From an uncultured Nitrospiraceae bacterium (lineage in GTDB: Bacteria; Nitrospirota; Thermodesulfovibrionia; Thermodesulfovibrionales; UBA6898): a stretch of DNA of 64,000 nucleotides. The position numbers and the translations under genes were made by a program. The stretch spans positions 815,070-879,069 of the forward strand of contig CAWEQH010000004.1 of the NCBI GenBank assembly GCA_963811165.1, given 5' to 3'. Each line of letters begins with the position of its first letter. Within the stretch, counting starts at the first letter, position 1. The notes below the pieces were generated by a model. The model saw only the letters and a program-made list of their open reading frames with translations. It ran no database searches and had not been told where the DNA came from. Shown in pieces: positions 55,197 to 64,000 of this stretch.

Positions 55197-57026
55197 ATGA
55201 ATAAGGTCGATTATCCTCCCATCAGTCATTACGGATACATCAGTGACTGTCACTCGTCGGCGCTGATTTCGATATCCGGCTCCATTGACTGGTGCTGCAT
55301 GCCGAGGGTGGACTCCGGGAGTTGCTTCGGCCGCATACTGGACTGGGGGAAAGGGGGCTATTGTCAGGTCGTCCCTTCAGGTCCCTATGAGACCTCCCGG
55401 CGATATCTTGAAGGCACGCTCGTTTTGGAAACCACCTTTCGAACCGACCATGGCGAAGCCCGTCTCCTCGATTGCTTCACAATGCGTAAGGGAGGAGCCC
55501 GGGATCCACATCAGCAGGTTGTGCGGATTATCGAGGGTATCAGGGGAAGGACGGAGTTCATTATCGGGATAGTGCCACGCTTCGATTACGGGACCACAAA
55601 GTCCCGGATTCGACGCTATAAGGGCCGCCATCACATCGCGATCGGAGGAAACGACGGTCTCCTCATCTCAAATGATTTTGTGTGTGAAATGACGGACCGT
55701 CATTCTCTTGCGGGGTCCTGTTCCGTAGGGGAGGGCCAGCGGGCTCACCTGTCCATTCTTTACCGGCGGCCGGAAGATCTTGACGAGGGACTCGTTGAGG
55801 TCCCTTCCATCGAAGAGCTTGACCGGCGACTGGATGAGACAGTCGCGTGGTGGCGCTCCTGGTCTTCCAAAAATACTCTTAAGGGCCCTTATGCCGGACA
55901 TGCGCGCCGCTCGGCCAGTGTCCTAAAGGGACTTTCAAATGCGCCCACCGGGGCGATCGTTGCAGCGTCGACCACATCGCTTCCTGAATCCCCTGGCGGC
56001 TCACGGAACTGGGATTACCGGTACACATGGATCCGGGACTCATCTTTTACCGTTCGCGCGCTGGCGGAAATCGGTCATATCAGTGAAGCCGATGGGTTCC
56101 GCCGGTTCATCGAGCGCAGTGCTGCAGGCAGCGCAGAGGAACTCCAGATCCTTTTCGGTGTCGGGGGTGAGCGACGCCTGCCTGAGCACGAGATACAAGA
56201 ACTGCAGGGGTATCGGGGGATAAAACCCGTTCGCGTGGGGAACGCTGCCGCAGGACAAAGGCAGTTGGATATTTACGGCGAGCTTCTCGATCTCGCCTGG
56301 AGTTGGCACAACCGGGGACACTCTCCGGATGATGACTACTGGGAGTTCCTGGTCGAACTCGTCAATGCTGCAGCAGAGGATTGGAAAAAACCGGATCAGG
56401 GCATTTGGGAAATGCGCGGAAGACCACGCCATTTTGTACTTTCAAAGGCGATGTGCTGGACCGCCCTTGACAGGGGGATCAGGCTCGCACAGGACCTCGG
56501 CCGTAAGGCGCCCGTAAGCAGTTGGAAAAAGGCGCGCGATGAAGTTCGCAGTGCGATAGAGAAGAGCGGCTTCCACGCAAAGAGAGGCATCTTCGTACAG
56601 GCCTTCGACAGGATGGAGACGGACGCCAGCCTGCTGCTTTTGCCGACTACGGAGTTGGTGGACTTTACTGACGAGCGTATGATCCGCACAACTGATGCAG
56701 TGCGGACGGACCTTGAAGAAGACGGCCTCCTGAGGCGCTACGCAGTTGGTAACGACGAAATCCGTGACAAAGAAGGTGTCTTCCTTGCATGCTCTCTTTG
56801 GCTTGTAGAGTGTTTGGCGCGTCAAAGTCGTCTTGACGAGGCACGCGAGGTCTTTAATCGAGTACTTTCAACCGGCAACGATCTCGGTCTTTTTTCGGAA
56901 GAATACGACACTGGGACCCGGGAGATGACGGGTAACTTTCCGCAGGGACTCACTCATCTTTCATTGATCGCCGCGGCAGTGGCACTGACCGAGATGGAAG
57001 CACGATCTCTTGTCGCCGGGGGATAG
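55197..57026 (+). CDS. GH15 glycoside hydrolase (trehalase/glucoamylase-like)
   Basis: GSIDWCC.PR.DS, TTSLPE..GG.RNWDYRYTWIRD, GIWEMRG, GLFSEE, GNFPQGLTH. Confidence 0.93.
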   Translation: MNKVDYPPISHYGYISDCHSSALISISGSIDWCCMPRVDSGSCFGRILDWGKGGYCQVVPSGPYETSRRYLEGTLVLETTFRTDHGEARLLDCFTMRKGGARDPHQQVVRIIEGIRGRTEFIIGIVPRFDYGTTKSRIRRYKGRHHIAIGGNDGLLISNDFVCEMTDRHSLAGSCSVGEGQRAHLSILYRRPEDLDEGLVEVPSIEELDRRLDETVAWWRSWSSKNTLKGPYAGHARRSASVLKGLSNAPTGAIVAASTTSLPESPGGSRNWDYRYTWIRDSSFTVRALAEIGHISEADGFRRFIERSAAGSAEELQILFGVGGERRLPEHEIQELQGYRGIKPVRVGNAAAGQRQLDIYGELLDLAWSWHNRGHSPDDDYWEFLVELVNAAAEDWKKPDQGIWEMRGRPRHFVLSKAMCWTALDRGIRLAQDLGRKAPVSSWKKARDEVRSAIEKSGFHAKRGIFVQAFDRMETDASLLLLPTTELVDFTDERMIRTTDAVRTDLEEDGLLRRYAVGNDEIRDKEGVFLACSLWLVECLARQSRLDEAREVFNRVLSTGNDLGLFSEEYDTGTREMTGNFPQGLTHLSLIAAAVALTEMEARSLVAGG

Positions 57027-57102
57027 AAGAATTGACGCTATTCAGGGGGATAAGAAGATCTGCAACTCGCCGGCCTGTTGACAGATGTAGGAGCATGATG
57101 AA

Positions 57103-58972
57103 ATGAATTTGAGAGAACTGCTATTTGGCAAGCCGCTTCGCACTGAAGAGGAAGAGGTTGAACAAATAGGTCCTCTGTCAGGAATACCGGTCGTCGGATT
57201 GGATGCCCTTGCTTCGGCCGCGTATGGTCCTGAAGCGGCCCTGACGGTGCTTCTCCCTTTAGGAATTATGGCGCCCGGATATATCGGCCCGATCACCGCG
57301 TTCATCGTCGCCGTGCTCATCGCTGTCTTCATTTCTTATCGGCAGACGATTCAGGCGTATCCTCAGGGCGGCGGGTCCTTTACTGTCGCGAAGAAGAACC
57401 TCGGACGGCTTCCGGGTTTGCTGGCCGCCAGCGCCCTTTCTGTCGACTACGCGCTCAACGTGGCAGTGGCGATCTCGGCAGGCGTCGGAGCACTTGTCTC
57501 CGCAGTGCCCGCCTTTCTGCCATATACGCTTCTATTCTGTCTGCTCATACTGGCATTGCTCACCGTCGTGAACCTGCGCGGTGTTCGCTCTGCCGGAGCG
57601 ATCTTTATGTTCCCGACCTACCTATTCGTAGCATGTCTTGGAATCACCGTTGTCATGGGCGTAGTGAAGACTTTGCTCTCACATGGGCATCCGGCACCAA
57701 TGGTCCAGCCGCCTACTATTCCGGCAGCGGCCACCACGGCAGACAGTCTGGCTGCTGTTACGGGCCTTTGCGAGCGGCTGCACTGCTCTTACCGGTGTCG
57801 AAGCGGTCAGCAACGCTGTCCCTATCTTCCGCAAACCGACAGTCACTCTGGCCAAACGAACACTGGCCATTATTATCGGGATACTGGCGTTTCTGGTCTC
57901 CGGCGTCGCTTTTCTGTCGCACAGCTATGGGATCGGCGCCACAGTGCCAGGAGAAACCGGATATCAGAGTGTTCTATCACAGATAGTAGGGGCAGTCGCG
58001 GGGCGAGGCGTCTTTTACTTCGTGTCCATGTCCGCGATCCTTATGGTGTTGGCATTGTCGGCAAACACAAGCTTCGTTGATTTTCCCCGCGTCTTCCGGT
58101 TGCTCGCACTGGATGAATATTTGCCGGCCGGATTCGCCCACCGCGGACGCCGACTGGTTTACTCGAGAGGGATTATAGTTCTAACTTTTTTGTCCGGCCT
58201 ATTGTTGATCGTTTTCGGCGGGATCACGGACCGGCTGATCCCGCTCTTCGCTGTCGGCGCATTCACGGCGTTTACCCTATCGCAGTTCGGGATGGTCATC
58301 CACTGGTATAAATCGAAAGAAGAACATGCGAAACGATCCCTCGTCTTCAACGCAGTGGGTGCCCTTGCGACTGCCTCCACCCTGATCATTATCGCGCTCT
58401 CAAAATTTACGCAAGGCGCATGGTTAACGATCTTCGTCATCCCGCCACTCGTGATGCTGTTCCTGCGCATGCGGCATTACCGCGAAAAAGTAGAGAGGGA
58501 GACTACTGAGGGCGGTCCACTGGATACCGGAGATATCTCCCCGCCGATAATTGTGATCCCGTTAAGACGGCTGGACCGCGTGGCCAGGAAAGCACTGCGG
58601 CTTGCACTCACCCTGTCAACAGAAGTTCATGCGGTCCAAATCCTTGCCGAGGAGATGAAGACAGCAGATCTATCGAAGCGCTGGGCCGAGTTGGTGGAAA
58701 CTCCCGCGAGCGAAGCGGGCTACCGTCCTCCCAAGCTGGTCGTCGTGCCTTCAGCCTACCGGGAATTCTTCGGCCCCTTGCTGGACTATATCCAGAAGCT
58801 GGCTGCCAGGCATCCCGACCGGTCTATAGCGGTCATCGTTCCGGAGCTTGTCGAGAGGAAGTGGTACCATTTCCTGGTTTCGCATCGGGCCACCCTGCTT
58901 AAAGGGCTGCTGCTCCTGAAAGGAGGGCCTCAGATTGTGATCATCAATGCTCCATGGTACCTGCGTGAATAG
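57103..58972 (+). pseudogene. APC-family permease (KimA/YdaO-like) with one frameshift near 57740 (possibly a sequencing error)
   Basis: DALASAAYGPE, SYRQTI.AYP.GGG in one frame; ALTGVEAVSN, LIPLFAVG in the next. Confidence 0.85.
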
Positions 58973-59026
58973 GGCGGCTGGATTGCGGGTCCAACTGGAC
59001 ATTACAAAAACTGAAGCATCATATAC

Positions 59027-60508
59027 TCATGAGTCTTTTCCCGCCTTTTGCAGTTTAATACGTTTCTCATGGATGATTGTCTCCGCCGACTTGTAAGCAA
59101 TGAAGTACTTATAGATGTCGGCCACATACTGGACGGTCTCTCTGCCGATCACCTGGAGAGCCACTCTTTCAACGTTGAAAAACCACTTGTTCGGATCGAG
59201 CCCCTTATCAGCCGCTTTTCGGCGCAGGGACTCTATCCTGGCAGGTCCGGCATCATAGGCGGCAAGGGCAAAATCGACCTTATCGGCCGGATCTATGCCC
59301 GGATCATTGAAGTAGGTTTCTCTGAGATAATTGAGATATTTTACGCCGGCGTGGATGTTGCTGTCGGTGCCGGCAACATTGTGTATCCCCACCTCAGCCG
59401 CTGCCCGGGGAAGCACCTGCAAAACGCCTACGGCGCCCTTCCGGCTCCGTACATTCTGGTTCAGCTGGGACTCTTGATATGCCATAGCCGCGATCTTGAG
59501 CCAGTCAAACCCGTACCTCTTCGCGTACTTCTTGATATAAGACTGATACTTCACGAGCTTCAGCCTCTCGGACTTTGAGATGGGGTTCCGGATCCATTTC
59601 GTGTTGCCGTAGTACCGGGTGAAGAGCAGATTGTTGAGCATGCTGCCCTGCCCCGCCTTTGCCCTAATGAACCCGTCCAGACTCGCAAGAAGTTGAGGGT
59701 TTTCCTTCCGCACCGCCCACGCAATGTGTTCCCCCTTGGCCAGGACAATGTCCTTCCGCACAACGATATTAGGCAGGACGCAGGCCCAGAGGTCGGCGAT
59801 ATGCTGATCAACGACCGTTATCGGGAAAATCCCCGAGTTCACCATCTCGAGGATATCTTCTGCCTCCAGTACCTTGTCGGCCTCGACAATATTAATGGGC
59901 CTGCGCCGCTCCTCCCGGAAGCGCTTATTCAGCTCCCTGAAGTGCTCGGTATAACTGCTCCCGGCAACAATATGCACCGTCCTTCCTGCAAGGTCTTTAA
60001 GACTTCGGAGACCGCTCACCCCTTTTCCCGTCACGATGACTTCCCTAACATCCGTGATGTATGGGGCGGTAAAGGCCGCGAGCTTTTCCCCCTGAGGAGT
60101 AATGGTCAGGCCCGCCGCTATATCGCCTCTTCCCCCAAGGAGCATGGGGATGATCTGTTCGCGGGGCACGGGGATGAAAATAACCAGGGGCTTTTCCTCC
60201 CGTCGGCCGCTTTTGCGGTCGAGGAATTTTTCGTAGTTATGCAATAGCTCATAATCGAGTCCCTGGGGGCGTCCCTTTACGACGGCGAAATTAGTCTTGC
60301 TGTAATATACAAGCACACGGACTGCACGTCTCTGCCTGAGGATCTCATCCAGGTCTCCGGTCCATGGCTCACGAAGACGGCTAACCAGGGTCTCTCCTCC
60401 CTCCTCCCCAGCCGGTAGCGGGATATTTTCTTTTTTGCGGGAGCAATCCGCGATCATCAAAAAAGCAAGACATATACAGATTAAAACAGGGAGACCTTTG
60501 TTCTTCAT
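59027..60508 (-). CDS. MltF-like lytic transglycosylase (SBP_bac_3 + SLT)
   Basis: AYQESQL, GAVGVLQV, NIHAGVKYL, AAYDAGP, ETVQYV. Confidence 0.88.
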   Translation of the reverse strand: MKNKGLPVLICICLAFLMIADCSRKKENIPLPAGEEGGETLVSRLREPWTGDLDEILRQRRAVRVLVYYSKTNFAVVKGRPQGLDYELLHNYEKFLDRKSGRREEKPLVIFIPVPREQIIPMLLGGRGDIAAGLTITPQGEKLAAFTAPYITDVREVIVTGKGVSGLRSLKDLAGRTVHIVAGSSYTEHFRELNKRFREERRRPINIVEADKVLEAEDILEMVNSGIFPITVVDQHIADLWACVLPNIVVRKDIVLAKGEHIAWAVRKENPQLLASLDGFIRAKAGQGSMLNNLLFTRYYGNTKWIRNPISKSERLKLVKYQSYIKKYAKRYGFDWLKIAAMAYQESQLNQNVRSRKGAVGVLQVLPRAAAEVGIHNVAGTDSNIHAGVKYLNYLRETYFNDPGIDPADKVDFALAAYDAGPARIESLRRKAADKGLDPNKWFFNVERVALQVIGRETVQYVADIYKYFIAYKSAETIIHEKRIKLQKAGKDS

Positions 60509-60682
60509 CTTTTTCTCCCTTCACTGAGTTTCATAGCACTGTTCTGTGTTTTCATTATCGCATGCAAAAAGGCCGGTGCAAATCGCCGTTTTTCACGAGG
60601 CCGCCTCTTTTGTTTGACATCTCCGCACATATTGATAAACTTGAAACATGAAGGAACGCGGAAGAAAAGTTTGGGGGATGTT

Positions 60683-60916
60683 ATGCACTGGTTATGGTTT
60701 CTGATTATTGGGGTACTAGCAGGCTGGCTTGCGGGAAAGCTAACGCGGGGACACGGGTTCGGTCTGGTGGGAGACCTTGTAGTCGGAATCCTTGGAGCTC
60801 TGGTCGGAGGTTTTCTCTTCCGGCTCCTTGGTGTCATCTCCTTAGGGGTAATCGGTTCGCTTGTATCGGCTACGGTGGGAGCTATTGTGCTTCTATGGCT
60901 GATCCGGCGCCTATGA
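60683..60916 (+). CDS. GlsB/YeaQ/YmgE family (transglycosylase-associated) membrane protein
   Basis: IIGVLAGWLAG...G.GLVGDLVVGILGALVGG...ATVGAIVLL. Confidence 0.9.
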   Translation: MHWLWFLIIGVLAGWLAGKLTRGHGFGLVGDLVVGILGALVGGFLFRLLGVISLGVIGSLVSATVGAIVLLWLIRRL

Positions 60917-60943
60917 GGGAAGATAAGCCCTTATTTCCCGGTA

Positions 60944-61489
60944 TCAGGGAATGGCTTGTGCACTTATTTTCCTGCCGGCTATAGACCGCAGTGATTCTTT
61001 CCAGCCGAAGATAAGATCATGGAACCACTTATCGTGTCCTTTATCGAGGGCCTCCTGATAGGCTTTTTCCACGGTCCAGCCATTATGGATTATTTTGTAC
61101 GCCGCGATAACAAAGCCCGTGCGATCACGACCATGAAGACAGTGGACATAGATAGGATGGGAGTCCTGATCTTCTATAATCTTAACCGCTTTCAATAAAT
61201 CAGCTGCTTTAGGTCGCGAAATTCCGCTCATCGGTATGTTTATCATTACCATTCCCAGCTGCTCTGCGGCTTCGCTCTCCTTTGGGATTGCTTCGCCGTC
61301 GTCTTCCAAATTCAGAATCGTATGTATCTTTAAGGATTTAAGTTCATTCAGGTCGCCCAGCCGGGGCCCCCTGTATATTCCTTCGCCGACTTTGACGATT
61401 TGGTTCGTTTCTTGTTTCGATTCAGTGGAGACATGTGCGCAGGACATTAAAATGAGAATTGCGGCAACTGCTTTGACAATCCTTCCCAC
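60944..61489 (-). CDS. Cys-based (PTP/DSP, Siw14-like) phosphatase, predicted lipoprotein
   Basis: HCLHGRDRTG CX5R motif; LMSC lipobox-like. Confidence 0.85.
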   Translation of the reverse strand: MGRIVKAVAAILILMSCAHVSTESKQETNQIVKVGEGIYRGPRLGDLNELKSLKIHTILNLEDDGEAIPKESEAAEQLGMVMINIPMSGISRPKAADLLKAVKIIEDQDSHPIYVHCLHGRDRTGFVIAAYKIIHNGWTVEKAYQEALDKGHDKWFHDLIFGWKESLRSIAGRKISAQAIP

Positions 61490-61674
61490 GGGTATAATTA
61501 TAGTTGATGCCTATGCATGGTGAATCTCAGCCTTTCTTAGTATAACGTATGGAACATAATTTTATAAAAAATAAGAAGTAGGGGGGAAGGAATAAATAGA
61601 GACGGTGAAGTAAGAGTCACATTCACAAGAAAAGTCGACTTTGCAGCGCTACGGACTTGTAGTTGGTCAGACCC

Positions 61675-63443
61675 TTACCGGGGATCCAAACTCTGAAGGT
61701 CATAAAGTTTACGGTATCGGTCACTCCCGACCATGAGCTGCTCGTGCGTTCCCTGCTCCACTATCCGTCCTTCTTCAATCATCAGGATCAGATCGGCCCT
61801 CATAATGGTAGAGAAACGATGGGCTATGATGAAGACGGTCTTTCCTTTTAAGATGCGGTCCTCGGTCTCGTACAGTTTTGCTTCCGTTTCCGCGTCCAGC
61901 CCGGTGACCGGCTCATCGAATACGAGAATCGGAGCGTTTTTCAAAATAGCCCGGGCCAGTGCTATTCGTTGCCTCTGTCCCCCTGAAAGATTGGCACCGT
62001 CCTCTTTAAGGAACGTCTCATAACCGCCGGGAAGCCTCATGATGAAATCATGGGCCTGCGCGGCTTTGGCGGCGGCCGTTATCTCTTCGAGTCCGGCTTC
62101 AGGTTTGCCGTAGGCGATATTTTCGCGGATGGTCCGGCGAAAAAGCAGGGGTTCCTGAAGCACGACGCTTATCTGCTGGCGAAGTGATTTGAGCGTATAT
62201 CGACGGATGTCCGTTCCGTCTATCATAATCCGGCCTCTCCAGGGATCATAAAACCTCAGAAGCAGGTTCACGACCGTGGATTTCCCTGTGCCGCTCGAAC
62301 CGATCAGGGCGACCCTCTCGCCGGCTTTTGCCTTAAAAGAAAGATCGTGTAACACCGGCTAGCCGGCAGCATAACCAAAAGTGACATTTTCAAAAATGAC
62401 CTTGCCTTTGAAAGGAGGCGCGTCAACAGCATCCGGAGCGTCTACAACGCTGACTTTTGTCTCGAGTAATTCTGCGACCCTCTCTCCGCAGACCAGAGAG
62501 CCGCTAAGTCTATCATCAACTCAGAAAACCCCCCTACCGGCCTGTAGAGGTCCCTCAGATATGAAACGAACACTATCAGAGCCCCAGGAGTTATATAGCC
62601 GCCGAGGGCCCTTCGGGCGCCGAAATACACGACCATGGCAGTGCCTATAGCAGTAATCACGTCGACCATCCTTCCAAAACCTTTGCTGACTCTCGTGGCT
62701 TCAAGGGTCGCGTCCAGGCTCTCCCGGTTTCCGATGCAAAACGTTTCTTTTCCTGCTCTTCCCGGGCAAAGGCCTGTACTACCTGTTTCGAAGTCACGGT
62801 CTCCTGGACAAGTGACGCCACTTCGCTCTCTTTCTCCCTTTTTCTTCGGGTAAGCCGGGCAACCTTGACGGAGAAGTAGAGCGATATAAGATACAAGGGC
62901 GGGGCCACGGCAAGGGCCGCGGCAGTAAGCTGCCAATCAAGCAGGAACATGGTAACTCCGATGCCTAGAAAGGTTACGCAGTAGTTCGCCAGGGTCTGGA
63001 TATGCTGGGTAATCAGCAGTTTCAGAGAATCGATATCCGAGGTCAGCCGGACAAAAAATCCGCGGGCCTCCCGTGCCGCTTTCAATCATTTGAAGATGTC
63101 CGAAGACCTGTTGTCTGATGTCGTTTACCGCTCTTTCTCCTGCACCTGCCATGAAGTATTTGCGGATGAAGGTAAGAGACCCTCCAGAAAAAATATCCCC
63201 ACAATACCTGCGCATAAGAGAGCCAGCAGTGCCAGCTTCTCATGGCCGGCCAGGGATCTCAGGAACATGATTCGCTGCGGCATGGGTTTGTCCAGAAGGA
63301 TGTAGTCGAAGATGAGCTTGAGAGGCCAGGGCTTGAGCAGATTCATGATCATGGCGGCGATAAGAGCGAGCGTATGCCATGGAAAAAAGTTTCCAATATG
63401 TTTTAAGCTGGGGGAAAAACCTGAACACTTTGATATCCCTCAA
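61675..63443 (-). pseudogene. ABC exporter (TMD + NBD, MsbA-like), multiply frameshifted in the TMD half
   Basis: GSSGTGKST, LSGGQRQR, VFDEP, IAHR; LKPWPLKLIFD and RLTSDID fragments in different frames. Confidence 0.85.
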
Positions 63444-63483
63444 TTCAATGCCTTCAAAAAATGAGACAACTTTGCAAAATTCT

Positions 63484-64000
63484 TCAGATAGTGACGACCT
63501 TTATTTCTGTTTCACATCGAGAGGCGGGCCAATGATGCTCCGCTTCCACCAGCACCCGCCAGAGATTTTCGCTCTCGCCAAGTTTCAGCTTTATAAGATA
63601 ATAGCTGATGCTGAGGCTCGTCCGGGCTCTGAAGACTTCGACCTGCCGGAGAAAATCATCGTCCAGCTGTTTGGCCTCATTCAGGTATTTTTGAAGAAAG
63701 ACAGTTTCTGATTGACTTTATCATGGGACCTCCTGCATGCCGTAAAACTGGTTCCGGAACTGAGCAAGGAATGTCCCTACATCGAAGGCGGGCGGCATGG
63801 TTAGGAGCTGCCGAAATCAATGGCGGCAACAAACCGGGAGGAAGGATCATCGGAATCCTGTCCGATAAAAATATTTTTAGGATGGAAATCTCCGTGTCCT
63901 TGTATCAGCTTCTCCGGGCGTTCGCAGTATGAGGGCGTTTTCGAACTCGAGGACCCCGTCCATAATCTCCTGCGCCTTCCGGGTATGACGATGACCCGTC
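63484..64000 (-). pseudogene. Aminoglycoside phosphotransferase/kinase-like protein, 3' part, frameshifted and cut by window edge
   Basis: Manual minus-strand translation: LIQGHGDFHPKNIFIG...AAIDFGSS, PAFDVGTFLAQF; absent from the ORF track; end approximate. Confidence 0.75.

Noticed and set aside
57027..57102. c-di-AMP (ydaO) riboswitch ahead of the KimA-like gene
   Set aside because: Intergenic gap is only about 76 nt and lacks the motif

Overview
Bacterial chromosomal window; a Nitrospirota/Desulfobacterota-type anaerobe is my inference from protein style. (1) 1-23.5 kb: a Wzx/Wzy exopolysaccharide cluster (GT2/GT4s, flippase, polymerase/ligase, three deacetylase-like proteins, formyltransferase, epimerases, WecB, nucleotide-sugar dehydrogenase), plus a secreted beta-helix protein and a GAF-GGDEF cyclase. 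(2) 23.6-29.3 kb: two paralogous Fn3/InlB-B-repeat surface proteins sharing about 1 kb of near-identical DNA. Their leaders carry three c-di-GMP-I (GEMM-I) riboswitches, two of them in tandem with transcriptional and translational platforms. Both genes and the beta-helix gene have Crp-type TGTGA-N6-TCACA boxes at exactly class II (-41.5) spacing. (3) 30-39 kb: FadL channel, SAM methyltransferase, V4R-like/TM/GAF/HD-GYP protein, PilZ-PilZ-GNAT-like protein and PAS-GGDEF-EAL protein, a candidate undescribed lipid-signal/c-di-GMP module. (4) 39.5-47.5 kb: PsrA-like TetR, MFS and a frameshifted RND pump with an in-frame palindromic element in the outer-membrane factor. (5) rplU-rpmA-obgE, iscR-tusA-iscS-iscU, MMPL, GH15, KimA-like permease, MltF-like protein, phosphatase, and frameshifted ABC and phosphotransferase genes at the right edge, where the indels are probably sequencing errors. 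No rRNA, tRNA, CRISPR array or transposase was recognised. All calls come from motif reading by eye; no searches were run.
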